This document shows positions 9,530-18,503 of a stretch of 30,481 nt of DNA, in pieces. The notes under the pieces were generated by a model. The model was not told the DNA's origin and did not search any database. It saw only the letters and a list, made by a program, of their open reading frames with translations. The stretch is taken from NCBI GenBank assembly GCA_043732305.1, contig JAYTHU010000131.1, forward strand, positions 1 to 30,481. Direction: 5' to 3'. Position 1 is the stretch's first letter; each line of letters begins with the position of its first letter. This DNA comes from Oligoflexia bacterium. GTDB lineage: Bacteria > Bdellovibrionota > Bdellovibrionia > JABDDW01. The position numbers and the translations under genes were made by a program.

Positions 9530-10635
9530 TTTGCGACCTAAGATAAGCGTAAATGAAACCGTCTAAATCTCCATCCATAACACTGTGAATTTGGCTGGTT
9601 TCATAATCCGTACGATGATCTTTGATCAATTGATAAGGCTGCATCACGTAACTTCGAATTTGCGAGCCCCATTCGTTTGATTTTTTGACCGAATTCATTT
9701 TATCGCGCTCTTTGTTTTTTTCTTCCAAAGCTTTTTCGAACATGCGGGCTTTGAGCATCTTCATCGCTTTGTCTTTATTCGAGTGCTGAGATCTTTGATT
9801 CTGACACTGAACCACAATTCCAGAGGGAATGTGTGTGATTCGAACGGCTGATTCCGTTTTATTAACGTGCTGTCCGCCGGCGCCGCCCGCACGGAAAGTG
9901 TCGATACGAAGATCTTCGGAGCGAATTTCTATCTCAACGTCATCTTCTACTTCGGGATAAGAAAATATGGACGCAAAACTTGTGTGGCGTCTGGCATTTG
10001 AATCGAATGGACTGATACGAACTAGTCTATGCACTCCACTTTCAGCTTTGAGATATCCAAAGGCATATTCACCTTCGAAGCTCATGGTGCAAGATTTAAT
10101 TCCCGCGCCTTCGCCGGGAGTCATGTCCATCAATTCAACTTTATAACCATGATGCTCACCCCAACGAGTGTACATGCGCATCAAAATTCCTGCCCAATCA
10201 CAAGCTTCTGTGCCACCGGCACCGGAGTTGATTGTGAGGTAAGCACTATTAATATCGGCTTCATTACTGAGCATTTTTTTGAGCTCAAGATCGTCAGACA
10301 TTTTTAAAGCGCTCGCGTTTAGCTCTTTAACTTCATTGAAGCTGGCTTCATCGGCGCCTTCGGTGGCGAGCTCTAAAAGCACAGTTGAATCATCAACGGT
10401 AGAGGAAAAAAGATCAAAGGCATCAAGCGCACGAGAAACTGCAGAGCGCTCTTTTTGGAGTTTTTGCATTTGCTTTTGATCGTTCCAAATTTCGGGACGT
10501 TCAGTAAGTTGATTTATTTCGATGAGGCGCTGACGTTTATTCTCGACGTCAAAGATAACCTCGTAGATCACTCACACGGCTCTTGAGTTTTTCGACCTGA
10601 GTTTTTACTTCAAACATTTCTGCAGCAATAGACAT
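9522..10635 (-). CDS. prfB: Peptide chain release factor 2 (programmed +1 frameshift; about 370 aa)
   Basis: ATG at 10635 encodes MSIAAEMFEVKTQVEKLKSRVSDLRGYL, then CTT-TGA-C; the +1 frame continues DVENKRQRL... with SPF (RISPFD) and GGQ motifs. Confidence 0.97.
10548..10563 (-). promoter_or_regulatory. prfB +1 ribosomal frameshift signal
   Basis: CGAGGT TAT CTT TGA C: internal SD-like GAGGT 3 nt before the slippery CTT-TGA-C. Confidence 0.92.
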
Positions 10636-10637
10636 TT

Positions 10638-11096
10638 TTAAAACCTTTTTGTGAGTGCGACTTGTAATTCATTTTGGATTTTCATCATTTGACGCTCATC
10701 TTTCAAGCTCTTTTCGTGATCATAACCCAATAAATGCAAAAACCCATGGATCAACATCAACTGAAGCTCAGAATTAAATGAATGCCCATTAGATTTCGCC
10801 TGTTTTTCCAGAACCTTGGGACACATGACGATCTCGCCAAGCCCCATTCCATTCTCATCTGCAGTGAAACTCAAAACGTCCGTGGCATAGTCTTTCTTTC
10901 TAAATTTGCCATTCACGAATCGGGATTGCTTGACGCTGACAAACACAATGCTGATATCCTCAATTTCTATATTACGAGAAATTTTAGATTTCAAAATTTT
11001 ATTGTTTTTAAATTTATCAGCTAAATAATCGATCGTGGCTTGATTGCGTTTTTTGGAAATCTTAGCCCGTGTGTAATTGATAAAAAGAATTCTCAT
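10638..11096 (-). CDS. ybeY: rRNA maturation endoribonuclease YbeY
   Basis: FRKKDYATDVLSF, LGEIVMC, IHGFLHLLGYDH zinc-binding motif. Confidence 0.95.
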   Translation of the reverse strand: MRILFINYTRAKISKKRNQATIDYLADKFKNNKILKSKISRNIEIEDISIVFVSVKQSRFVNGKFRKKDYATDVLSFTADENGMGLGEIVMCPKVLEKQAKSNGHSFNSELQLMLIHGFLHLLGYDHEKSLKDERQMMKIQNELQVALTKRF

Positions 11097-11158
11097 TTGC
11101 CTGCGCTTATGGGTTTGGTTTTTTGTTGTTGATTGGACCTGAGTTGTCTAAGATTCAT
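11093..11158 (-). CDS. Putative 21-aa leader peptide (uORF) overlapping the ybeY start
   Basis: AGGT 6 nt before ATG 11158; MNLRQLRSNQQQKTKPISAGK; TGA overlaps the ybeY ATG (ATGA). Confidence 0.3.
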   Translation of the reverse strand: MNLRQLRSNQQQKTKPISAGK

Positions 11159-11187
11159 CTTTATACCTGTATGATCGGAGTCACGGC

Positions 11188-11973
11188 GTGTCAATTAATT
11201 CTTCAGAGAGTCTCCAAAAACTGGTCGATGTCATGGAAAAGCTGTTAGCCCCTGGAGGATGCCCTTGGGATCGTGAACAGACTCATAAAACTCTCGCGCC
11301 TTATGCCATCGAAGAAGCTTATGAACTTGCTGAAGCCATCCAAATGGAAGACTCAGCCGGAATAAAAGAAGAGCTTGGGGACTTCATGTTCCAAGCCATT
11401 TTCCATTCTGCACTTGGTGCGCGTGATGGAAAATTCACTCTCGCCGAAGTCATTGATGGCGTCAGCGAAAAATTGATTAGACGCCACCCACACGTTTTTG
11501 CGGCAACTCAGGTTAAGGATTCTGATGAAGTGATAAAGAATTGGGACGAAATCAAAAAGGCCGAAAAGAAGGCCGCAAATAAGCCCAAAAAAACTTTTGA
11601 TATTCCTCTGGCACTCCCCTCTCTTCAGCGCTCACAGAAAATTGGCGATAAAACAAAGACTCTCAAATTCGATTGGACAAAACCTTCTGAAGTTTTAGAA
11701 AAATTGCATGAAGAAGTAACTGAATTAGAAGAAGCCATCGAAATTGGGAAGCTTCCGGAAATCCAAGAAGAGATGGGCGATGTTTTCTTTGTACTCGCTC
11801 AACTTGCCAGACATTTAAAATTTGATGCTGAAACCGCAGCTCGAAATGCCAACTTAAAATTTGAAAAACGTTTCGAAAAAATGTTGGCCTTAGCAGAAAA
11901 GCAAAATCTCGTTTTTGCAGAAATGACGACACAGCAGAAAGAAGAACTTTGGCAAGAAATCAAAAAATCTTGA
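11188..11973 (+). CDS. mazG: Nucleoside triphosphate pyrophosphohydrolase MazG
   Basis: GCPWDREQT, EEAYEL, EELGD, KLIRRHPHVF, second domain EEMGD and KFEKRF. Confidence 0.95.
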   Translation: MSINSSESLQKLVDVMEKLLAPGGCPWDREQTHKTLAPYAIEEAYELAEAIQMEDSAGIKEELGDFMFQAIFHSALGARDGKFTLAEVIDGVSEKLIRRHPHVFAATQVKDSDEVIKNWDEIKKAEKKAANKPKKTFDIPLALPSLQRSQKIGDKTKTLKFDWTKPSEVLEKLHEEVTELEEAIEIGKLPEIQEEMGDVFFVLAQLARHLKFDAETAARNANLKFEKRFEKMLALAEKQNLVFAEMTTQQKEELWQEIKKS

Positions 11974-14117
11974 AATTTAGGCGGGTGATTTTAATATTTT
12001 CCTTCATATTTGGGGTCAGAGAAGTCTGCGAGGCCAAGTATTGGAAAACTTCGAACGAGGCCGTTCCTAACTCCGCAGTTTCAAGCGAACCCAACAGTTG
12101 CCATGATCTCAGGCCAATCCCTCGGTTGCCATCAAAAGAATTTAGAGTACGCAACGAAGAACAAACTAAACTTTTTGAAGACGCTTGCGAAAACCTCGTT
12201 GAAACTTTTAAAGACGCGGAAAACCCTTATTACCCCGTGACTCTTCTCAAGATAAATCTTTACTGTGAATTCACGCCTGAGCAGAACCAAGATCTTTTTC
12301 TTAAAATCACCGCTTGGTTCGAACGCAATGGCGCTTCAGAAAAGTCTCACAAGTGGTTGCAGAGCGCTCTCAAACTCAAGCTTTGGTCTCTTACTCTAGA
12401 TCCGGACATGTTGCTTGACGGAGTCAGTCTCATGACAGATAAAAAAGAAAAGGAGAAAATTCTCCAGGAAGCACTTGCCGGGGAAAACTTACCCTTAGAA
12501 TCAAAAGAAAAAATAACAAAGAAATTGGCGGAGATTTCTCCACGCTTCACGCCAATCGCAAGCTTTAAGTCTACCGACTATTTTTTGTATGCAGCTCAAG
12601 ACGCAGTGAATGCGAATGATGCGGATCTCTCAAATAAAATTCTTCGTGCTTTCAAAAAAATCAAGGTTCTTACTTTTGAGCAGAAAAAACGTAGCTTAGA
12701 AATTTCAAAAATCGCTCACAAAATGCAGCAAGACAAAAAAGGTGCACAGGTCTTAAGCCAACAGATAATGAACTTGGATATAGAGAGATATAAAAAGTAT
12801 CCCAATGAATTCTCGGCAAAGAGTTTAGCGAGCAGCACGGTGACTGCGGCCCGCGCACTCTGGACGGATCATAAGACAAAAGCCGCCTTAGCAAACTTGA
12901 ATCGAGTTCAAAAAATCATCAAAACCCCGTTCATATTTTCAGAATTTGATTATTTAAGAGCCCGAATGGATGAGGAAGAGGGGAATAAAACCGCCGCGAT
13001 TAAAAAACTGGAAAAGATCGCATCGCAATTGCCTACTGACAAAAATCCTTATCTTTGGAATATGGCATGGCTAGAATTTAAAAATGCCGACTTCTCTAAA
13101 GCAAATATTATTTTTGACACAATTCTAAGCGACCCCGACGTAGACCAAGGGAAACGTTCTCAAGCATGGTATTGGAAAGGCAGAGCTCTGCAAAATGCCG
13201 CTCAAGCCAAGGAAAGTTTTGAAAAAGTGATTCAAGAAGATCCAAACGGATATTACGCATTCCTGGCGTATCGAGAGTTGGGGAAAAAGATTCCTACGCT
13301 GCCGGAACTTTCTCTTGGAAAAGCCTATCCACCTTCGACATTCAATATAAAGCTCTTTGATTGTCTCACTAAAACTCTAGACTGGAAATTGGCGACGGCC
13401 ATGCTTCAAGAGGAATTGCCACTTGAGGAAAAAAACTCTGATCATTGGAATGATATTTTACCTTTGTATGGATTTGCTCAGGCCTACGGCATAGCTTTTC
13501 TTAAAATCTCAGCACTTCCTAACAAGCTAAAAACCGAACTCTCAAAAAGTAATTTAGCGCTTTTGTTTCCAATTCTTTATGAAAACATTATTGCGCAAGA
13601 AAGTGAAAAAGCTGGGCTATCAAAAGAATACGTCCTTTCTATCATTAGACAAGAATCACTTTTCAATCCATTAGCTCAGTCGCCAGCCGATGCCACCGGC
13701 CTCATGCAGCTTCTTCCGGATATCGCGAAGCAAATAGCTAAGAAAAATGAAATAGCTTATCACTCGCGGGACGACCTATTTGACCCGGTATTAAATATTT
13801 CATTGGGCACCAAGCATTTAAAAAGTTATTGGGAACTGTTCAATGGCAATTTTATTTTGGCCACTGCCGGATATAACGCGAGTCCTGATGCCGCACGCTC
13901 TTGGGTTTCTAACCGATACAATGTCGATCCCACGATATTTATCGAAGAAATTCCCTACGAAGAAACCCGCAGTTACGTGAAGCTCGTCTCCAGAAACATC
14001 ATCAATTATCTGCGCCGTACAAAGCCCGATGAGTCTTTTGAGTTCCCAGCGTTTCTAATGATGCCAATCCCGGAAGGAAAAGTGAGTGGGCTTTCTAAAC
14101 ATAAAAAACACCATTGA
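11970..14117 (+). CDS. Slt70-like lytic murein transglycosylase with TPR/superhelical N-terminal region
   Basis: Probable TTG start overlapping the mazG TGA; N-terminal hydrophobic signal; TPR-like AWYWKGRAL; SLT motifs IIRQESLFNP, GLMQL, GYNAS, EEIPYEETRSYV. Confidence 0.9.
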   Translation: MKFRRVILIFSFIFGVREVCEAKYWKTSNEAVPNSAVSSEPNSCHDLRPIPRLPSKEFRVRNEEQTKLFEDACENLVETFKDAENPYYPVTLLKINLYCEFTPEQNQDLFLKITAWFERNGASEKSHKWLQSALKLKLWSLTLDPDMLLDGVSLMTDKKEKEKILQEALAGENLPLESKEKITKKLAEISPRFTPIASFKSTDYFLYAAQDAVNANDADLSNKILRAFKKIKVLTFEQKKRSLEISKIAHKMQQDKKGAQVLSQQIMNLDIERYKKYPNEFSAKSLASSTVTAARALWTDHKTKAALANLNRVQKIIKTPFIFSEFDYLRARMDEEEGNKTAAIKKLEKIASQLPTDKNPYLWNMAWLEFKNADFSKANIIFDTILSDPDVDQGKRSQAWYWKGRALQNAAQAKESFEKVIQEDPNGYYAFLAYRELGKKIPTLPELSLGKAYPPSTFNIKLFDCLTKTLDWKLATAMLQEELPLEEKNSDHWNDILPLYGFAQAYGIAFLKISALPNKLKTELSKSNLALLFPILYENIIAQESEKAGLSKEYVLSIIRQESLFNPLAQSPADATGLMQLLPDIAKQIAKKNEIAYHSRDDLFDPVLNISLGTKHLKSYWELFNGNFILATAGYNASPDAARSWVSNRYNVDPTIFIEEIPYEETRSYVKLVSRNIINYLRRTKPDESFEFPAFLMMPIPEGKVSGLSKHKKHH

Positions 14118-14808
14118 TTTTTTCTTGCGATCTCAACTTCGAATCCCTTTTCCTATTAACGAAAAAGAGACAACTCACCCGCTCGCAGTGAAACTCCAAG
14201 ATGAGATGGAGGTGTTCCTGAAAGCTTTTGACTGGAAAAAGCATCTTTCAGGCAGATCGATTAAAAAATTACGCATTGCAGATGTTGGCACTAGAACATT
14301 TTCAATCGCTCCGGTTTTGGACCGAGTGTTTCGAGAACTTGGCTTCGAGCCAGAAATTCACGGAATTGAAATTGACGCCTTCAGAAGATTTTCGAATCTT
14401 CATTCGAGGGCCGACTATGGAAACTATTATGCTCGTAAAATTCCTAATGGGTATTTCAGACCTATAGATTTTCTTGATTTTAAAAGCGAAATGGACGTGA
14501 TTTTACTTCTGCATCCTTTTGTGACGATGGAACCTCTACTGAATTGGGGTTTACCGGCCAAAGAATTTAAGCCTGAGATTATTTTTGGTCATGCACGAAA
14601 ACTTCTTGAAGGAGAATCAAGCTTGCTTTTGATTTCCAGTCCGACCGCCGAGGAATTTAATATTTCCGAGCGGCTAGCTAGAAAAACCGGTTTTAACTTA
14701 GTTGAAACTCAAGATTGGTTTCCTAAGGATTACACTTCACAAAAGCAGTTTCGCTTAGGACAGCTACTTCTTAGCAGCCAGTCCCCTTATTTACAGAAAT
14801 TGGAATAG
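14086..14808 (+). CDS. Hypothetical protein, class I SAM-dependent methyltransferase-like
   Basis: Motif I-like LRIADVGTR, motif II-like IHGIEID, DFLDF...DVILLLHPF; overlaps the end of the slt gene. Confidence 0.55.
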   Translation: MGFLNIKNTIDFFLRSQLRIPFPINEKETTHPLAVKLQDEMEVFLKAFDWKKHLSGRSIKKLRIADVGTRTFSIAPVLDRVFRELGFEPEIHGIEIDAFRRFSNLHSRADYGNYYARKIPNGYFRPIDFLDFKSEMDVILLLHPFVTMEPLLNWGLPAKEFKPEIIFGHARKLLEGESSLLLISSPTAEEFNISERLARKTGFNLVETQDWFPKDYTSQKQFRLGQLLLSSQSPYLQKLE

Positions 14809-15607
14809 CTTTGACACACTGAGAACTTGTCGAAGGACATTGCAATCGCAAATGAAAATGATTGTTATGACCTTTCCAAGGCTGCATTTTCATGAGTGCT
14901 TGAAAATTAGGAGAGTCAGAGTTTGCGGAATAGTCGCTAATTTTCTTCGCATAAGAACACATTGCCGATTTCACTCCAGAATCGACAAAAATCAAAACAA
15001 CTTGTTCCTGAGCTCCCAAAATTTTAGCGGCAGTCCAAAAACTCTCTTGATCTATCAATGGACTAACTTGACGATCGACAATAAAATTAGGAAACGGTTT
15101 TTCATTTTCATTTTTCAACGTTGGATAACCAATATCTACATCTAAACCATTTTGATGACTGGCATGACCGTGATCAGAAAATGCCCCTCCGGAACGCTTG
15201 GAAAGAGTCGCCACTGAAAGCACGGGTCTCTCTTGATAAATTTTATTTAAGGCTGCAGATAACCATTCCACAAAACTTACAAGTAAGGTGGTTCCCCAAA
15301 CATTCATCTTATCAATTTGAGTTTCGGAGGTTCCCCCTTCCACTCTATGAATTTGAAAACCGATCCCTGCGTCTGGAAGTCTGATGGCACTCACAAGTTT
15401 TCCAGCGCCATGCTTGCCAATGGCCTGAGGGGGTGCCAAAAGATTTCCTACCCCAGCAACAGGATCTCCGTAAACGGTTTCTGTATCCGGAATTGCAGAA
15501 AGCATCGGACCATTGTCATCATCTAGATCAGAAATGTTAGATTGGCCGAATGCTACAAAAGGAAATAGCAAGACTCATATTAATACGACTCCGATTAAAT
15601 TTTTCAT
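14771..15607 (-). CDS. mepA: Penicillin-insensitive murein endopeptidase (MepA/M74-like); signal peptide interrupted by in-frame TGA at 15575-15577
   Basis: HASHQNGLDVDI and HNNHFHLRLQCP zinc motifs; GGGGGA RBS and ATG at 15607 give MKNLIGVVLI*VLLFPFVAFG, in frame with ORF 14771..15571. Confidence 0.8.
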
Positions 15608-15680
15608 TTTATTGTGATCCCCCAACGAAAAGATCACTGCATTTTTAAATTATGTCATTATTTTTATTAAACCGAGAAAA

Positions 15681-16958
15681 TTACAAACCTTTAAGGACTG
15701 AATGTACATCCATTTTGTATAGTCTTCGAAATGGCAATAAAATTCCAAAAAGCGTGGCAAGCGTGGCAGCAATCCAAACGGGAGAACTCATAAGTAAACT
15801 CACGGAATAAATATCGGTGTCTGGAAGAGCGTGCCCTAAGAGTGAAACAACTGGATAGAATAAAATCAGATCAAACAATGCTCCAATGACACAAGAAATT
15901 CCGGCTAAAATAAATCCTTCGTACATCAGCCACATCAACAAGTATTGCGCAGAAAATCCCATTGCGCGCATGACAGCTGTTTGTAGTCTCATACCTTCGT
16001 AGCGCATCATCATCATTCCGGTAACGGAAAGTGCACTGAGTAAAATAATAAAACTTATAATAAATAGACCGAGCTCTCCGCCAGATCCCGTGAGTTGCGA
16101 AAGATTTTTTCGCTCCTGTTCGACAGAAATAATTTGTCCCACAGTGCGATCATTCACCAATGATTGCATGGCGCCAAAACTTTCTTGAAACTGGACCGGT
16201 CCTGAACCTTTTTTCATGTACAGAAGAAAGTAGTTAAAAATTCCTTCTTTCCAAATGGGGTGAGTTTTTCCACGTTCAGTAAACCAAGCAAAAGCACCTT
16301 GATAAGATCCATAAATACCGCGATCCCATGCGCTTGAGGAAGATTTAAGAACTCCAACTACTGTGAAATCTTTTGAGTCACTCAACGCATGACCTTGAGG
16401 ATCATCCATGCGCACGTGCAATGTATCCCCAGTTTTTAAATGTTTTCGAGCGGCCACGTCACGGCCCACAACAATTTCATCGAGCTGGCCTAATCCACCG
16501 TCGGAAAAATATCTTCCGGAATCAATAACAAGTGAGTCGGCGCTTTGTGGTCGATTGAAAAAAGTAAGATCGGTTCCAATGACTTTAAAATTATCCGCGT
16601 GACCAAAAAATAAAAGGGGAATCACTGCTTCCACAAAACTTGAAGTTGGAACTTGTGCCCCATCTTCAAATTGAACAGTTTGGCCTGAACGAAGTGAGCG
16701 AAACAAATTGAACGGCAACGGACGAGGATTTTCTGCCTCTAAATTGAGACTTCCCAAAAGAATTTCAATTCCCCCTGCCTTTGCACCAATGATCGCATCT
16801 CCGCCCCGAGCGAGAGAATCAAAACGCGATTGCGTGAGAGCGTAAATGCGCAAGAGCAAACCCGCCGCACCCACCGAAAAAGCCAAGGACAAAAGCAAAA
16901 TCACACTGAGTGCGCGCTTGCGAGACAGATGAGTGCAGGCCATTTCCCAAGGTGTCAT
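15681..16958 (-). CDS. MacB/FtsX-like ABC transporter permease
   Basis: N-terminal TM, DAIIGAKAGGIEILL, large periplasmic domain (FTVVGVL), AVMRAMG, three C-terminal TM segments. Confidence 0.88.
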   Translation of the reverse strand: MTPWEMACTHLSRKRALSVILLLSLAFSVGAAGLLLRIYALTQSRFDSLARGGDAIIGAKAGGIEILLGSLNLEAENPRPLPFNLFRSLRSGQTVQFEDGAQVPTSSFVEAVIPLLFFGHADNFKVIGTDLTFFNRPQSADSLVIDSGRYFSDGGLGQLDEIVVGRDVAARKHLKTGDTLHVRMDDPQGHALSDSKDFTVVGVLKSSSSAWDRGIYGSYQGAFAWFTERGKTHPIWKEGIFNYFLLYMKKGSGPVQFQESFGAMQSLVNDRTVGQIISVEQERKNLSQLTGSGGELGLFIISFIILLSALSVTGMMMMRYEGMRLQTAVMRAMGFSAQYLLMWLMYEGFILAGISCVIGALFDLILFYPVVSLLGHALPDTDIYSVSLLMSSPVWIAATLATLFGILLPFRRLYKMDVHSVLKGL

Positions 16959-17591
16959 TTAAGCTATGACCTCACTGAAATCGATGATTTTTTTAAAATA
17001 TTTCTCTAATCGATGATCATGAGAAACCACAATCATTGTTTTCCCTTGTGCAGACTCAAGCAGCGTCTGCATCACTAAGTCTGAGTTGCGATCATCAAGA
17101 CTAGAAGTGGGTTCATCCGCCAGTATCAGAATAGGTTTGTGAATCACGGCTCGAGCGACAGCAACTCTTTGCTGTTCGCCGAGACTTAAAACAGAAGCTC
17201 GGGTTTCTATTTTATTTTCCATCTGAATTTTTTCTAAAATTTTTTGAACTGTTTTAAAGTCGGGAGTTTGTGGAAAAAATCCAAGCGCGACATTCTCATA
17301 GACGCTCATGTAATCAATGAGGTTCAACCGTTGAAAAATGATTCCCATGAGAGTTCTGCGAACAAAACCACGTTGGGTTTCGGAAATATGATTGATAACT
17401 GTCTTAGCAAGCGTGACTTGTCCCGTTTTAGGAATAAGGAGACCTGCGAGCAGATGCAAGAATGTGGTTTTACCTTGCCCACTTTGTCCGCGAATCAAAA
17501 TATGATCGCCAGATTTGCAACTCCACTCAGGAATTTTTAAATCCCCGGAATCGCCGAGAGAAACCGTCACATCCTTGACTAGAATATCCAT
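16959..17591 (-). CDS. ABC transporter ATP-binding protein (LolD/MacB-like)
   Basis: [37 protein letters not shown]; abuts the permease. Confidence 0.92.
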   Translation of the reverse strand: MDILVKDVTVSLGDSGDLKIPEWSCKSGDHILIRGQSGQGKTTFLHLLAGLLIPKTGQVTLAKTVINHISETQRGFVRRTLMGIIFQRLNLIDYMSVYENVALGFFPQTPDFKTVQKILEKIQMENKIETRASVLSLGEQQRVAVARAVIHKPILILADEPTSSLDDRNSDLVMQTLLESAQGKTMIVVSHDHRLEKYFKKIIDFSEVIA

Positions 17592-17666
17592 TTGTTTTTA
17601 GATTTCCCCTTTTCTTTAAGCTTAGACCTCATTAGAATCAGAACACAAATAATTTCCGGAGAATAC

Positions 17667-18221
17667 ATGGAAGAAATTGAAGTCCCACTCGAGCAATCAC
17701 AAGAGCATTTACAGCACGCAGCTGAACATTCGGGAGAAAAATGGATTTCCCAAGTTGCGCTAAGTTCCGCGATCCTTGCGGTATTAGCCGCAATCGCCGC
17801 GCTCATGTCTGGTCATCACGTCAATGAAGCGATGATCAGCCAAATACAATCTTCCGATCACTGGTCTTACTATCAAGCCAAGGGAATCAAAGCCTCGCTC
17901 TTATCCACCAAAGGACAGTTGCTGCAGGAACTCCAGGGCGCTAAATATGCGCCACAAAAAATCAAAGATGATAAGAAATTAGCAGAATATCAGTCACAAC
18001 AAGAAGAAACCAAAAAGCTTGCTGAAGAAACTAAAGAAGAGTCCGAAAAGCATCTGAAACTCCATAATACATTCTCAAAATCAGTGACTTTCTTCCAAGT
18101 GGCCATCGCTATTGGGGCTATTTCGGCGTTGAGTCGAAGGCGTAAATTTTGGTATGTCAGCCTCGGTTTTGGCCTTGGCGGGCTATTATTCTTCATTCTT
18201 GGATTTTTGGGCAAAACCTGA
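17667..18221 (+). CDS. DUF4337-like membrane protein
   Basis: GGAG RBS before ATG 17667; TM (VALSSAILAVLAAIAAL), SDHWSYYQAKGIK, coiled coil, FQVAIAIGAISAL plus a terminal TM; family assignment is from recall. Confidence 0.75.
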   Translation: MEEIEVPLEQSQEHLQHAAEHSGEKWISQVALSSAILAVLAAIAALMSGHHVNEAMISQIQSSDHWSYYQAKGIKASLLSTKGQLLQELQGAKYAPQKIKDDKKLAEYQSQQEETKKLAEETKEESEKHLKLHNTFSKSVTFFQVAIAIGAISALSRRRKFWYVSLGFGLGGLLFFILGFLGKT

Positions 18222-18272
18222 TAGGGTTTGGCTCTTGAATCAGTAAAAAATGACCGCGAGAGGATTGGATTT

Positions 18273-18503
18273 ATGAAAAAGTTTTCATCTCATTTGGCTA
18301 AGACAGCACTTGGTTTTGTGACCCTGGCTCTTCTCTCCAGTTGCACCAACTGGGTTGCCGGTCACAACGATAAAACTGAACTCAAGCATTCCAGCGAAAT
18401 GTGGGGCGTTCCCAAAACTCGTCCTGTCGTTTTCGGCTTCACTGGCATCGATCGTGATTGCACTGAAAAAGATCCTTGCCCCTCTGAACAAGCTAAGAAG
18501 TGA
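18273..18503 (+). CDS. Small hypothetical lipoprotein (76 aa)
   Basis: MKK start, hydrophobic core, lipobox LSSC; C-terminal CTEKDPC; GTGA overlap with the next gene. Confidence 0.65.
   Translation: MKKFSSHLAKTALGFVTLALLSSCTNWVAGHNDKTELKHSSEMWGVPKTRPVVFGFTGIDRDCTEKDPCPSEQAKK

Noticed and set aside
15750..15767. 9-bp tandem duplication AAGCGTGGC x2
   Set aside because: In-frame Ala-Thr-Leu repeat inside a transmembrane helix; not an array.
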